Source: Lytechinus pictus (lineage: Eukaryota). From it: a DNA stretch of 64,000 nt. The stretch covers positions 30,072,001-30,136,000 of the forward strand of contig NC_087245.1 in assembly GCF_037042905.1 (NCBI RefSeq), given 5' to 3'. The position numbers and the translations under genes were made by a program. The stretch's first letter is position 1, and each line of letters starts with the position of its first letter. This document shows, piece after piece, positions 1 to 14,461 of this stretch. The notes under the pieces are model-generated. The model was not told where the DNA came from, ran no database searches, and saw only the letters and a list, made by a program, of their open reading frames with translations.

Positions 1-341
1 ACGCAAAGAAACGTTGGAGAAGAGTTCAACATCTAGCAAATGAGTTTTGGTCCCTTTGGAGTCAACTTCAATCAAGAAATAAATGGACTGTTCCACAGCG
101 CGACATGAGGGTTGGCAATATCGTGTTAATTAAAGATGAGAATGTTCCTAGAAATATGTGGTCTCTGGGAAGAATTGTTGAAACATATGCTTCTGGTGAC
201 ACTCATATTCGTGAACAAAAGTGAAAATTGCAGTAGGTAATTTGAAACTGAACAATCAAGGAAAGCCTGTTTCTCCACTGTGTCATCTTGATCGCCCAAT
301 TCATAAACTGGTTCTATTGATCGCGCAAGAAGACCATGTAT
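1..341 (+). pseudogene. BEL/Pao LTR retrotransposon pol C-terminus (DUF5641-like), frameshifted
   Basis: Manual translation gives AKKRWRRVQHLANEFWSLW..LQSRNKW...VGNIVLIKDENVPRNMWSLGRIVETY, then after a frameshift LDRPIHKLVLL..*, the typical BEL/Pao polyprotein end. Confidence 0.9.
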
Positions 342-1686
342 AAATTCCCAGCCAAAGAGCCTATAGACATTGAATTAGGATTTTATCTTTCATTTGAATA
401 TATTATTAATTGATATTTGTATAAAGTGAACTCAGAAAATACAGTCAAAACGTGAATCAGAGGAAATTTTCATTTTTTGTGAAACCGAAAGACATTCATA
501 TTTGTGAACATATTTGTTTTAGACTCTAGAGTCTAATGCTCTGATTGGACAATGATGCATTTCGAATCTACAGAGAAGACTATGAACTTTTATGGTTGAC
601 TAAGGATGAATATTTGACATAAATTTGAATTTCTCTATAAAGAGTAACTTATTATTCATGTTAAGGTCTGAAATTCATACTAAGAGTTACATGTATCATA
701 TTTAATACATGTATTTGATTCGGAATTCAGACTTCATGTTCATGTTCAGTGATTATATGATCTTGTACTTTAAATTCATAATGATCTACATTTATACAAG
801 TACAACACAACAAAATTGTGAATTGCTTTTAATCAGGTCTGAATTTTGAGACTAGTTATACTGTGGTGTGGCTTATATTACAAAGTGCTTCCTTTTCAAT
901 TACTGATATGTCATGTTAGATTTCATTCCACTTGTAATGTGCATCTAATGAAGGTTCATGTAATACATGTATATAGGGTTTTCAAATGATTGACAAAGGT
1001 TTTGTCTAAAGGATCGAATTTTTTTTGTGTGTGCAAAATTGTAGGCAAGTGAGTTTTATGAATCATATCACCTTTCTGATATCATGGACCTTTTACGAAT
1101 TAATGATGATATAATGATTTAGTGATGTCAACATATCACCTTTTGGACTCTTACAGTTGCCCAAAGGAACTCCTCGGATCGCCTAATGTTCTATTGATAT
1201 GTAAGAAGTATAGTGTAAGTAGAAAAATAGAATGTATTGTATCATATCTTTCAACAAGCAGTATTTAATTGATGTGATAAACGGTGTAGTCATAGCACTT
1301 TTCAATTACAAAAAAAAAGGAGAAAAAAAGATGAAATTATAGTATCAGTGCACAATATTTAACATTTGTTTCTGCTGTAAGATATCTCAAGTCGTTCTTT
1401 GCAAGTGTAGCAATAATGAAATGTACATTTACTTTACTGAAGCTAATGAAGTACAGCTTTCAGCTTTCTGACTGAGCATGTTGGTAAATTAGAAATGATA
1501 ATTTAAAGGAGCCATGTAATGAAAGCTGCTCTGAAGATAATTTTGTATATTTAATTTTTCTGAAAAGCCATCAAATGATTTAATGTGTTAAAACTGAAGA
1601 ATTTCATTGGGTCTGAGGGTCAGACTACTTGAGTTTTCTATGTATTTACACTGTGCATTTATAGTATGTGCTATGTATGCCTTGTC

Positions 1687-2581
1687 GGACGTTCCACAGT
1701 TAAAGTGAAATCCATGTCATTTTCACCAAACTTTGCGCATAGATACTTTAGAACCTTAATATTCGAAATATGCAAAAATCAACATAGGTCCATGTGCTTG
1801 ATTTTTTGCTATAGAGCTTCAAAGTTCACCCAAATTGATGTTCTTAAGAATTGCGCATTCAAAAGAATTTGGCATTTTTAGACCGCCCAAGATAACTACA
1901 ATGAGTTTAAACCTCTATTACTCAGTCAAAATACACGAAAAAGTCATCAAATTTCGCAAGAGAGTTAATAATTGTAATTTTAAGTTTAACAGCACTGTTA
2001 GTTCTTAAAAATGGCGTAAAAGATAACAAATTCCCAAACTAAAAAATGTGAAATTTCAGTAACAAACTACAAAAGAACAATAAATTCTGCACTTTATTCA
2101 AAATCCATGTCATTTTCACCAAAATTTGCAGAGTTGTAGAGGAAGGTATACCTAAGAGGTACAAACATTAAAAAATAGGGGTTCATGTGCTTGTTTTTAA
2201 ACTATCAGCATTTTTATTAGAGCAAATGTGCTTTTTAAAACACCAAAAATGCGCCGAATGCTTTGTATCTATGTGAAGAAAAAACTCAAAACCACTCTAC
2301 CATTTATTCAAACTCGGGGTAATATTCGTGATTCTTGGCAGCACTGCAGAGTGAAGTATTTTGAAATTGTAGAGAATTTTGTTTTTAATGATCCATGGAA
2401 TAATTCAATTTTTTAGTTTCATGAAATAACGCATCGGATCTGTAGTTAAAATGCAGAAGATGAGAAAAATCAGCTCATACCCGCAGCTAATTAATCACCT
2501 GTTCATCCATTGTGACGTCAGCGCGCAGAGTGTAAACTATGCGCAGATCATAATGCGCACAAACATAACTGTGGAACGTCC
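1687..2581. mobile_element. Non-autonomous DNA transposon (possibly Kolobok-like)
   Basis: 16-bp TIR GGACGTTCCACAGTTA / TAACTGTGGAACGTCC; internal direct duplication (about 1705-1830 vs 2100-2220). Confidence 0.7.
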
Positions 2582-2669
2582 TTTATAGCGCAATCTCTTG
2601 GTCAACTGAGGTAATGTGATATTGGAATCAGGTCTGGAGATTCTGTTTGAGAATTTGACAATGTAAATC

Positions 2670-2828
2670 GGGGGAGTGTTTCATCAACATTTTCATCCGA
2701 CAAGTTGTCAGATCTGACATCCTCCTCTGATGTTGATTGGCTGAGAGGTACTGTTACTATGGTAACTGTCGGATAAAATGGGACTTGTCGGATAAAACGT
2801 CCGACAAGTCCTTTCATGAAACGCCCCC
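2670..2828. mobile_element. Short Harbinger-like MITE (inverted second copy at about 29096-29230)
   Basis: Ends GGGGGAGTGTTTCATCAA / TTCATGAAACGCCCCC; reverse-complement copy seen at 29096-29230. Confidence 0.65.
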
Positions 2829-3507
2829 TGAAGCATCCTTAATGGGATTGCCATATATAAGAAGATTTCTGGAGGCAAAGAGGTCAGTAGAAACATTGAT
2901 TTATGTATTTAAGAAATATGAATGTTATAATGCAAGAAAAGTTGATTCTAACTTGGTTTGATTGACATGACAGGTTTAATGCATTAATGTATGTGAAGAA
3001 AGATTATACAGAAAGTATGTTTGTCAATTGCATATCTATTGGAAAGTACACTTTATTCAAACACCTGATATTGCTATAGTGTATTCTAATTGATGATGTC
3101 TAAGAGACAATTATATGTTAGTATTAAGTACCTGAATTTCACAGGTGTAATTTGCTGTTGACTGCTGAAGTTGTTTGGTTGTATACAATTTAGTTAGAAG
3201 CTTTTCAGTGCTAAATATGTCAATGTATCTTGAAACTGGATTGTGATTTACATTCAGGTCAAATGATTAATTTATCATAATGGTCAGAGTCATAAATGAT
3301 TTATAAAAAGTTTATTGTTCTTGTACTTATGACTTTCCTATCATTTTGTTTCTACCAACAGTTTTCACGGAATTTGCTTCATGTCAATATAGAGAAAATG
3401 CACAGAAGAAAATAAATGAAGAATTAAGAGGATGGCATGAAACTTTATATTCCTGTTGAGACCTTTGTTTTTATTTTTAAACGCTCAAACAAGTCTTCAG
3501 TGTCAGC

Positions 3508-4140
3508 GTGGGAACGAAATAATATTGTGTGGGGACGAAATAATATTACATGGGAACGAAATAATATTGCGTGTGAACAAAGTAATATTGCGTTGGAACG
3601 AAATAGTATTTCGTGGGAACGAAATAGTATTTCGAGGGAATGAAATAGTATGTTGAGGGAATGAAATAATATTGCGAGGGAACGAAATAGTATTTCGTGG
3701 GAATGAAATAGAATGGCGTGGGAACGAAATAGTATTTTGAGGAAATGAAATAGTATTTTGAGGGAACAAAATAATTTTGCGAGGGAACGAAATAATGCAC
3801 AGAGAATTCTTTCTCCTTCATGTCATCTGGCGGGCTCCGTAACTAGTTAATAAGTGTAGGGAACAAGTTGATATGTCAAGGGAACGAGTTGATAAGTTGT
3901 GGGAACGAGTTGATAAGTCGAGGGAACGAGTTGATAAGTCGAGTGAATGAGTAAGTAAATCAAGGGAACGGTTGGTTTGTCGAGGGAATGAGTTGGCAAA
4001 TCGGGGAACAAGCTGGTGAGTGAAAGAGTTGGTAAGTTAGGGGAACGAGTAAGCAAGTCCAGGGAGCGAGTTGGTAAGTAGAGAGAACAAGTTGGTAAGT
4101 TGGGGGGATGAGTACTTCATGGGACAAAGTTGGTAATTGG
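3508..4140. repeat. Two adjacent 21-bp minisatellite arrays
   Basis: Units such as GGGAACGAAATAGTATTTCGT (3508-3795) and GAGGGAACGAGTTGATAAGTC (3855-4140). Confidence 0.85.
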
Positions 4141-4194
4141 AGGAAAAGAGTCAGTATAGTCGATTTAACAGTCCCATAAACTCAATCACCAACC

Positions 4195-7100
4195 TAGAAA
4201 TGCCGTTTGGGTAATTTTTGCTAATTTGCATAAATCCAAAATGGCCGCCAGATGCCATATGAAAAACATAACTTTTGAACCCCTTTTCCCAAAATGATGA
4301 GTAAAGACTCTTTTTATGGGTTTAGGGGTGTGTAGAATCGATTTCTATCATCATTTTTGTAATATAAGGTCAGATCAAATCCAAGATGGCAGCCAGATGC
4401 TTTCTTGAAAAATCGATTTTTGATCCCATTGCTTTAGAATGACGGGTAGTACCTCTTTTTAGGGGTTTTGTTGTGTGTAGAATCTCTTTCTGTTATCTAT
4501 TTTGCAATATTATGTCATCTTCAGGTCAAATCCAAGATGGCTGCCAGATGATGGCATTTTGAAAAATTAACTTCTGAACCCTTCGTCCCAGAATCATGAG
4601 TAATACCTCATTTCGTGAGTTATTTGGTATATTGATTCCATTTCTGTTAATGATTTTGCAATATACATGTAGGATCATTCAGATAAAAAAGGATGGCCGC
4701 TAAATGCCCTTTTAAAAAAGAACTACTTCCCGGGACTACTGAACCTTGAAGAAGTACTCTCCCCAAATAAGTCCTAAAGAGGGTCACTATTATGTGTAGC
4801 TCATGTAAGGGTATTTTATTAAGAATGATTCATTTCTTTTAATCTCTCAATTTTTTAGTGGTCAAGTCAGATGGTCAGATGGTTTATAGATTTCGTCATT
4901 AACCGCTCACCTTAGAATGAAACCATTCAAGGTTTGGGCTATGACCTATTCCGGGAGTTCTCATCATTTGTTCATGTCCAACCATACTTTTCTAGTGATA
5001 GGACTTCAAAGTGTTTTCTCTGTGTTTTTCAGAAAATTAGTTAACTTATTGCCTTCCTTTTTAATTATTGGATTTTTCGTCTGACAAAAGCCTTTGACTT
5101 GGTCAGCACTAGTGCACTTTCTAGCCTCCTATAGAAGATACGCTCTCGAAGACTGATGGTCATATCATTCCATGAGCACAGTTTGCTACAACGCTGGAAC
5201 ATCTGGTAGCTTCCCTCAGTTCCTGGCAGTGGCGTGAAGGAATTAGGTTGCGCCTGGCCCTGACACCCGTTTGGGTCTTCTTCTCTATGCTTTCCCAGTG
5301 TACATTTGGCGAATGCACAGAAGGCAATTACATGTATATCCGTACAAGAGCAGATGGGAAACTCTTCAACATCGACCGGCTACGTGCCAAAACAATGGCC
5401 AGGATGGTTCTCACTCATGTGATGTACGGCAACGATGTCGCCCCTGCCATTCATAAAGAAGCGGGAGTAGGGCTACAAGACCTAGTCATACAGCGGCCTG
5501 TCCTGTGCATGTATGGAGTTTGTATAACCCATTAGCCTGTAAGACAGAAATCCTGATCGACTCAAGACACTGACTAGTGACTGTCCTCAAGATATATCTA
5601 TCAACAGCACGCACTCGTCTAGTTGTGGTGGACTCATCACCTACCTTGGATTGACTATCTGTCTCTAGTTCCCTTTCACTGGACAAGAAAATAAGCAACA
5701 GGATAGGAAAATCTGTCACAGCCAATGCCAAGCTCCTGAACGGAAATAAGTCCTGGAAAACGTACGCTGGTCAAGAAAAGCTGCTAAACACCTTCCATGT
5801 CAGTTGCCGCGGACGTATCCTGCACATTAAATGGCAGGACAGAGTGAAAAATATAAGGCCCTTCAGCATACATGCATGCTGGCATCCGCAGTTTATTCTC
5901 GTTCCTTAGTCAAAGGTGCCTTAATTGGTTGGGGTATGTTCGCGGCATGAAACTTTTGCAAATCTTAGAAGAGATTCGCCAAGTCCCCAGATAGATCACA
6001 CCTCCATTATAATCACACCTGCAAACGTGACTTAAAACTTGCCAGCATAAAAACTAACCCTTGTGAAGATGTAAATGATAGTCATCAAGCATCTATGGAG
6101 AGCTACTAAGTACAGGGGTTAAGACATAATCGGAATGCTTGATTGGCAGACCAAGGAAGAAGGCTAAGGCAGCATCTCTATCTGAACCTGTCTCAGCGCC
6201 ATTCTCCAGTCCTTCATCTATACAAATATGTTTTATAGACTGCCATGCACTCTATAGAGCGAAGCTCTACAGCCACTCTCGAAAATGTAATTACCTAGCG
6301 CGCTACACAATCGTCTTTCGAGACGAACTGATGCCTGCCTATCATTTGACACTTTGATTTAGGAAAAATATGGAGAAAATACTTTCAAATTCAAATAAGA
6401 CTTTAAAGCCTCTTCAGTACAAAAGTATGGATGGACATTAAAAAATATTGATAAGAACGCGCGAAATGGATCATAGCGCCCAAACCTAAAGAGGATTCAA
6501 GGTGAGCAGTTAATGTCGAATGTCTGACAACAACTCAGAGCTCACTTCCCCTTGAACTGAAAATTGAGAATTAATAAAAGATACGATTGTATGCTTACTG
6601 AAATTCCCTTACATAAACTCTTACACTATAAGCCACGGAAAGTAATTTTCCAAGATGGCGTTTGGTGGCCATCTTGGATTTGATCTGAAGATTACCTTTA
6701 TAAAAAAATACATCAGAAATTGAATCAACATACCAAAATGACTCACGAATATATTTATTATTTTTTATTCTGGGACAAAAGGTTCAAAGTTAGTATTTGA
6801 AGATGGTGTCATCTGGCGATCATCTTGGATTTGATCTGAAGATGACGTAATATTGCAAAATACATGTAGATAGCAGAAAAAGATTATATAGACCTTAAAA
6901 CCCTTAAACAAAGGTATAACTCATCATTCTAGGGCAAGGGGTTCATATTCAATTTTTCAAGTTGGCATCTGGCGGCCATCTTGGATTTGATATGAAGATG
7001 ATCATATACTGCAAAAATAATAATAGAAATGGATTCTACACACTCCCTAAACCCTCTAAAAGGAGTTATTCCTCTGAGTCATCATTTTGGGGCAAGGGGT

Positions 7101-7195
7101 TCAAAAGTTAGGTTTTCAAGATGGCACGTGGCGGCTATTTTCGATTTATGCAAATTAGCAAAGTTGCCTAAACGGCAAATTTGGGCAACCAAGCT
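4195..7195. mobile_element. Long-inverted-repeat element (about 500-bp arms with ~150-bp internal subrepeats)
   Basis: 4195-4700 is the imperfect reverse complement of 6650-7195 (repeated CAAGATGGCxGCCAGATG motifs). Confidence 0.7.
5060..6345 (+). pseudogene. Degenerate RTE-clade LINE reverse transcriptase fragment
   Basis: KAFDLVS motif near 5090; YIRTRADGKLFN..RLRAKT...MYGNDVA (decayed YADD); RTE-like 3' end ATCGTCTTTCGAGACGAACTGATGCC; many frameshifts. Confidence 0.85.
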
Positions 7196-7725
7196 GAATT
7201 CGTTCTAGGACCCCATAGGAACACAAATTAAGAAAGAAACTTTATCAGAAAGAACATTTCTAGATTCGGAAAATGTCAAATCAACTTGTATGTTATGGGA
7301 ACGAAGAAAAACACGAGTCAAGTCACCTTAGGGGCTGTAATAAGTCAGAGTTTACTCCAGGTTTACTATTACATAAATAAAAATCTCCATACAGTTCGGA
7401 TGTGACTTAGCACAGAGATTTGCAGTAGCCAATAGTCCTGAACTGAGAATTTGTACAACACTTAAGAACTTGATACACTAAGGTTTTCTTTATTATACAA
7501 GTTACGTGTGAAATACACGGGTAACTAGGTCTTTAAAGAATCCTGAATTTTGATGTCTGTTGTATTGTGAACTTAAAAACACCCAGGAAAATTTGAAAAA
7601 TCACCTCCACAAATTGACTTTAGTATAGATATTTTTTAATTTCCTTTTTCATCTAACAATGATCTGTTAGATTGAAAAATGATACTCAAAAGGCACATCG
7701 AAAGAAATTGTTTTTTATGTTTTAA

Positions 7726-10568
7726 CCCTATCTAGGCCGGGGGGCCTCGGATTCGCGCAATATTTTCGCCGCGGGAAATTTTTCGACCGCGTCACTCGCT
7801 GACTTTTTTTACTTGAAAGTCTTGCGCAACTTTAAAGACCAATTTTGCATCACTTGGGTATGTGGTTCCGAAATTACGCAACATTATGTAAGTGCATATC
7901 AGACCAAAAATTGCTCAAAAACGCAATTTTGTGTACAAAGTCAATGCAAATCGTGTTTTCAACCAAAAATCATAAATGAATGATTATTTTTAGTTTTGCT
8001 GGTCAAAATTAAGTATCAAGTTTATGCTTTTTATGATCTTAGAATAGTCCCCAACAAATTTCATTGAAAAAACAATGAAACACAAAAGGTCAAAGAAACA
8101 ACGAAATATACACAACAAAAAAAGTAAGTCCCCCCTAAATCAAATTGCTGTAACTTTTGAACGGAATTATTTTGAGATATGATATTTCGTAGGTGGTTTT
8201 CTACACTCATTAAGCAACTCCTAGGGAAAAATGAGATTGATCGGTTGAGTCATGCATGAGTAATTAAAGATTGAATTAAAAATGACCATTTTTGAAAGTC
8301 ACAAGAGTCGTTTTTCAGATTTTGCAAATACAAAGTTGGGCAAAAGTTATTGTTAGGTGAATTTTATGGTGTTAATGCCGTTTTACTATCCACCATTTAG
8401 CCACTCCACACACAATTTTGATATCGTATGTTCATGGTTGAGTGAGCACAATATTGCAGGGGCCGCAGAAGCGGGTTAGGGAGGGGGGGGGGGGGCTAGG
8501 GACCCCCCACTTTTTTCCAAACGCATGTACAAAAATGTAAAAATGGCCATACGATTGTGTTTTTTGCATGGTCAGCCCCCCGCCCCCCCCTTTTGGCTAA
8601 GTCCTTCCCCCACACTTTGAAAACCGTTCCGCGGCCCTTGTATTGTGACGTATCATCATAGGGGGTTTTGGTAGTATCCTCTACAACTTGTTAGGTCATA
8701 TTAACATTTGAAAATGTTGGTGGCTCCCCCGGTTATAGGCCCCTCCCCTATTTTTAAATTCTGGATCCACCCCTGATTTGTCCATAAATTAAACTCATCA
8801 TGGGAAATTGTTAGGAAAAGCATACATTCATGCAGAAAGAGTACTCATTCCTAAGTTTTCGAATGTGCTCGCTCAACCATGAAAATGTTAGAAGTTCGGA
8901 AAGTGTGTGGTGATAGAAATGATGGATGATAAAAACAACAGCAATTAAAGTCACATTTGAAACCGAATTTGCCCCAATATTCACCTTATTACCCTTTAAA
9001 ATGAGTCTGTGACATTGAAAATACCCATTTTCCCACTTTGATGCGTGCTCACTCATCCATAAATAAACAAATCGATTTTATTTTTGCACAGAATTCTGCC
9101 CATAGGTTGATAAACATTACTGCCAAATGACATTGCTAAAGACAGCCTTGAAAAAAAGTTCCACCATATTGAATAAGGGGTTACTTATTCTTAAACATAT
9201 GCATCCATAATGTACACAAGTCTATGAGAGATGAAGTCAAAATTTTAACAAATATGAAATAAGGGTTTGTTTCATGGACGGTTTTTGTTACTTCTGCCGA
9301 CAGTTATTTCATGAAACTTCGCACATGGCTTCAGAGTAACACTATCCAAAAGGCGCGCACACAAAAATAACAATTCGATACGGCACAGAATGGGGCCAAG
9401 GCCTTGAAATTTCTTCTCATTTGCATAATTTTCGAATATTGTGTGCTCACTGATGCATTAAACATCGGGATTTTCATAAAAATCAAATCACATGAACCAT
9501 GCAAGGAGGTTTGTGATAGATATCCATAGTTACAAATTGCATTTTTTCCAATAACGTAAAAAAGAGCTAATCACATTCCACATGTTCATTCAAGCGTGAA
9601 TGTTTAATTAAACGCCTTTGAATCATTGAAGCATGTTAATTGGTCATGAACATAACGAAAAAGTTGATAAAAGATCAGTTTCAGTTCCCAAAATGAAACA
9701 ATTCTTGCCTATGATATTTGAAAATCGTATTTTTTGTTTTCAATAAATGTTCATTGAACCGTGAAATGATGAATATTGTTGAAGATACTCTTCCCAAAAA
9801 TAATTGTTATCATATTCTATCATTTTTACTGATAAAAATGTGTAAAAACTCCAATTACAGCAAATTTTGACTTGTGTTTATTCAACCGTGAAATTTAGCC
9901 AAAAAAGTTGTATCGTCTTTTAGAAAGTACCTTTTACAAGCCTTCTGACTATTTTTCATGATGAGAATGCGGAATCAGTTCCATTAAAATGGAATCAAAG
10001 TCATGATATTTGGCTTGTGACTTTTGAAAAGTGACATTTTTGCCTTCTGACGGTGCTCACTGAAGCATGACGTAAAATATGTCCACAACATTTACTCAGA
10101 TGGTAGCTTATAAAATTTCCTACACGCTCATGTAAAAATATATCAAAAACTCGCATTGGTTCAGAAATTATTGATGTTTGTTCAAGGGGGGACTTACTTT
10201 TTTTGTTGTGTATACATAAGAAATTGCAAAACACAATATAATACATAAGAAAATGAATTGATATCGCAATTTTGTTCATGTACACTTGCTAAGAACACTA
10301 CAAAGATTTTCTATACGAAAAATTAGAACATTTGGAGCTTTATTTTGGGTGTTAGAGTAAAAAGTATGATTCCGCATACTAATTGCACATAAATTAGCAT
10401 AATCCCTTAATAGCAATTCGCATGAAATAAATTACTATAAAATTTTGTAGATAATGTCGTCTCAGTCTACCCGCGTGCCAATTTTCGGCGCAATTGCACG
10501 GTCGACGGCAGAGATCTCAAGGGGGGCCTGGCCATATGAACTCCCAAAATACCCCGGCCTAGATAGGG
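7726..10568. mobile_element. piggyBac-like non-autonomous element
   Basis: TIR CCCTATCTAGGCCGGGG at both ends, flanked by TTAA / TTGA. Confidence 0.8.
8111..10210. mobile_element. Nested CAC-terminal (CMC/EnSpm-like) non-autonomous DNA transposon
   Basis: 25-bp TIR CACAACAAAAAAAGTAAGTCCCCCC, flanked by TA on both sides. Confidence 0.75.
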
Positions 10569-10731
10569 TTGAGGCACATATAATATGACTTATAACAGGT
10601 TTGTAGAATTAACTAAGACATCCAATCGTGGGAATTTCATGAAGAATTACAGCTATCATAACTTTACCACCAGGGCATGGTAACAGGGCTCAGCATCCAG
10701 TATTTCATTCACGCCTCTATCTTAGACTTAC

Positions 10732-11067
10732 CTTCATCGCATTGAGACGTCACTTGTAGATAATATCCTCGGTCAGCTGAATACGAACGCAATTCTATAT
10801 ACAACTTCGAATGGTCGAAGAAAAAATAAGTTTCGTACATACTACTGTAGGGTAAAGATTCAGTTTTGAGAACGTCATTCATGAATTCATTATAGAATAG
10901 GCGTATCCCTGCTCCAGGTAGAGAGACAATTCCCACGATACCAATACCACATCCAGGCACGGTTTGTATTGATAAGATGACTCCAATTCTTATACTGTGT
11001 GACAAACGAGGGAAAGGAATATCGACCGATTCGCTACTGTTTACGAAGAATTTGTGGACTCTTGAAT
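10732..11067 (-). CDS. Coding exon: divergent CUB-like module (112 codons)
   Basis: Acceptor ttttctaccttAG, donor GTAAGT, 336 nt open, phase 1-1; (D)SRVHKFFVNSSESVDIPF...ILSIQTVPGCGIGIV...YIELRSYSADRGYYLQVTSQCDE. Confidence 0.8.
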
Positions 11068-12214
11068 CTAAGGTAGAAAATCAGACAAATTTGAAGTGTT
11101 TGAGTACACAGTCATTTTCTATACTATTCAAACAAACACAAGCATCAATCGTTATGCTAGGTAAGATCCCATGGGACTGATACGAGTTCAGCGAGGGAGA
11201 GGAGAGGCATTTCACAAAGAGTTAAAAGTGATTTCGAGTCATGCTTAAATGCTGTTGTACACATAATATATGTAACGCAAAATGTTATCGAATTAATATG
11301 CAATACATGTATATATGGCCTAACGCGAATCACCTTGCGCTGTTAAAACGCTGTTTAAAATTTTAAGCATGTTGTTTATGCCTGTCACGTTAACAACAAG
11401 TTGTTTAAAAAGTTTAAATAATTACAAAAACGTTTAAACAATTTGTTGTTAGCATGACAGGCATAAAGAACATGCTATTTTTTGTTACTCTGTTGGCATG
11501 AATTGACAAGGGAAGTGGGAGTTAGATCCCTGATTTGATCAATTTAGTCATGACTTTTAGCGCAGGCACTTAAGTCACATTCAATACTTTTAGAAAAAAA
11601 ACCCATCTTTGATTTTAAAATGTATGTAGAGTTGTAAAAATAGAAAAAATAGCTATTTTAGACTCCAATTTTGAAAGCCATCTTGGATTTTTGGACATAG
11701 TAGACCGTTGACTTGTAACTTGTTCCAGTTTACTACTTGACCTTCGAAATCACTAATGAATAATACCCAAATAAACGATACTAAAATAGGCAGATGAATT
11801 GTGAATTTTTAGGCCATGGCAGCCATTTTTACACAATCTTGGATTTTCAGGTCCCTGTAGTACTTATGTTCACTCTTTATTTTTACCCCTTTACCATTGA
11901 ACACATGTATGCACCGAAACAGATGTCTGGGGTAGATAAAGAATCGGTTATGTTAATTTTCAGTGAATGGTGGCCATCTCAGACGCCATCTTGAAAATAA
12001 CCACTTTCCCGGACGCGGATTTTGGTAGATTTTAGTATGTTATTTATGATATCAAAGAGTACAAAAAACAGTTAACAAACATTTTTGTTACAAAATTTGG
12101 GGGTTCAAAATAGAGCAAATATGGGTGTAGAATGGCGGCCATATTGTTTTTGCCAATTTGAGGATTCTAACATCAAAATCAAGGTTGGCAAAAAGCATAT
12201 TTGGACTCGGTGCC

Positions 12215-12353
12215 CAGCGGCGTAACAGGGATCGGTGGCCGGGGGGGGGGGGGGGGGTGGGGGGGCAAGAGCCAAAAATTTCCCGGTCATATCATGCAAC
12301 AGGCCACGGCGTCATAAGGCAAATATATTGAGGGTGCGATATGGCGTATCGGG

Positions 12354-12389
<36 letters not shown>

Positions 12390-13837
12390 AGAGCGAGCGA
12401 GCAAATTTTTTTGACATTTTATCGCAAAAATCCAATTTTGTGATAGATTTTAACATAATGTTAAAAAGATGATGTCATATTTCACCATCCTCTCTTTCCT
12501 TTTTTTGTCCGCCATGGTGAACAGGATTTTTGTTATGATTGTGAGCATCGGGGCGAAGCTCTATATGCTCGAGGGGGCCGAGTATGGCGCTTGTGGCAAG
12601 AAGTAGCTTAATGTAGGTCCCGAGAGAGCGAAGCGAGCGAGATAAAAAAAATTACCTTTTTATGAGAATCTAACATGAAGATAGATTTTAACATGATATT
12701 CAGAAAAATATAATACACTTTCCTTTCTTTCCTCAGTTTTTTTGTTTGGTTGAAGAACTTTTGGGGGCCATGGTCCGAACTCATCTATATAACAGTGCTT
12801 TATGTGTGGGGTCCACGGCAGAGCCCCGGAACCTCTTGATATCAAAGCCATTTTAAACCTTACAGATGGCCACTTATTTTTTTAAATCAAATTGCGTGTA
12901 TATTTATATAGCTTTCACACAACAAATAAATTCAATGCAGTTGTGTATCGTAATCATCCAAATATTGTGAGGGGCACACCATAGCAAATGTTGAAAAATT
13001 TGTAAAAAGTCGCCAGCGAGCGAAGCGAGCCAGAAAAAAAAATGGCCTGTTAAAATTAAATTCTAATAATGTGACAAATTTTTACATCATTATAGCAAAT
13101 ATCATGTCATATATTTTTTTTTTCATTCATCTCATTTCGCTGCCTCCTTTATTTTCTTTTATTTCCCCTTGGCTGTGGAACCACCCCCGGCACGCCAGTG
13201 CTTCAACGTTAAGCTTAATGCAGGAAGGGTCCATATAGGGGCCCGTTATAGAACCCATTAAAGGTTACATATGAAGCGCCCTTTCTGCACGGGATATTGA
13301 CTCTTGGACAGCGCCTTTGGAGATTTAGCAAGTTTATGATAGACTTTCATACGACATTCTGCTATATACCATCCATTTTTCTTCCCGCTCGTTATCTCAA
13401 TCTTCGGCAGCCCGGTAGTGTACGTTATCATGTCCCTATTCTTTATTTTCCAATTTAGATTTTGGCTAATTCCATTCTGCCTTTATTTCCCGCTTTGGTT
13501 TGCATTTTTGTCATCTTTAATTCATTTCCCTGTCTTACTAATCATGCTAATGTATTTGTATATCGGGGAGAATTGTTCTTTCTCAATTGTTCTTCTTTCC
13601 TTCCTTTTCCCGTTATTTTTCCGTTTTCCCTTTTTTATATTTTTCTTAGTTTTCTTTTCCCTTCTCCTTTTCCTTTTCCCTTTCCCTTTCTTCCCCCTTT
13701 TTTTCCCTTTCCACTTTTTCTTTCCTTTCCCTTTCCCTTTCTTCCATCTTTTTTTCCTTTTCCAGTTTTTTTATTTTCCCGGTGAGCTCTGCCGGGGGGG
13801 GGGGGGGGGGGCAGCTTCCCCGCCTGTTACGCCACTG
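12215..13837. mobile_element. hAT-like non-autonomous element
   Basis: TIR CAGCGGCGTAACAGG / CCTGTTACGCCACTG with exact 8-bp TSD TCGGTGCC; contains a pyrimidine-rich low-complexity tract at 13580-13780. Confidence 0.85.
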
Positions 13838-14461
13838 TCGGTGCCCTCAAATTATGTTAAAACACTTCTCAATTCAGCATTAACACGGTTTGCCTAAGGC
13901 AGTCTACTTTTCTAAAATCTGGACCTGACTACAACGTCAACTAGAATTCTGGTAAATTCTAACTGTTGAAGGGATTTTTAGATTTTTTGGGGGCCCGACA
14001 CATATAATTGTCACTTAATCAAGACAGACATAAAATCTTCACTAGTTGCCCCTGAGGGGACGCATTGTCTTCAAAATACGTATTTTGTTATTTCATATTG
14101 TAAATGGAACTTCCCTTAGCTAATTCACGAACCTTATAATGTCTACAAGTACAAGTTCCAGTTCGAAAAAAAATATCATTTAGAAAACGGGCCTTTGCTC
14201 ATCTGAAGTTGGCCACTGGAATTATTCTTTTCCACAGAGTATAAAATACAGGCGTCAGCGACCGCCTTCACTGACCTAAAGACATAACTTATATAATGGT
14301 GTTTTTTTTTTCTTTTTACAGACAACCATGCTATGTAAATAGTAGGCCCTTCGGTTCGAACCTTAAATGATTTTTTTCTATGAAGCGCCTTAGGCATCTA
14401 GTTAAGATTAAAAGTAGGCTATGTAAATTATGAAGTATTAAAATTGTACTGTTTTTCTAAC

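Larger units (their letters stand above)
1515..3505 (+). mobile_element. Probable 3' LTR of the BEL/Pao element, interrupted by two MITEs; 3' end uncertain
   Basis: Purine-rich AAAGGAGCCA immediately followed by TGTAATG at 1515, about 1.2 kb after the pol stop; AATAAA near 3411. Confidence 0.45.

Noticed and set aside
3437..4056. Repetitive ORFs (NTISFPR, YQLVP)
   Set aside because: Products of 21-bp minisatellites that are open in several frames on both strands.
13418..13897. Phe/Pro-rich ORFs that look like membrane proteins
   Set aside because: Translation of a low-complexity pyrimidine tract inside a hAT-like element.
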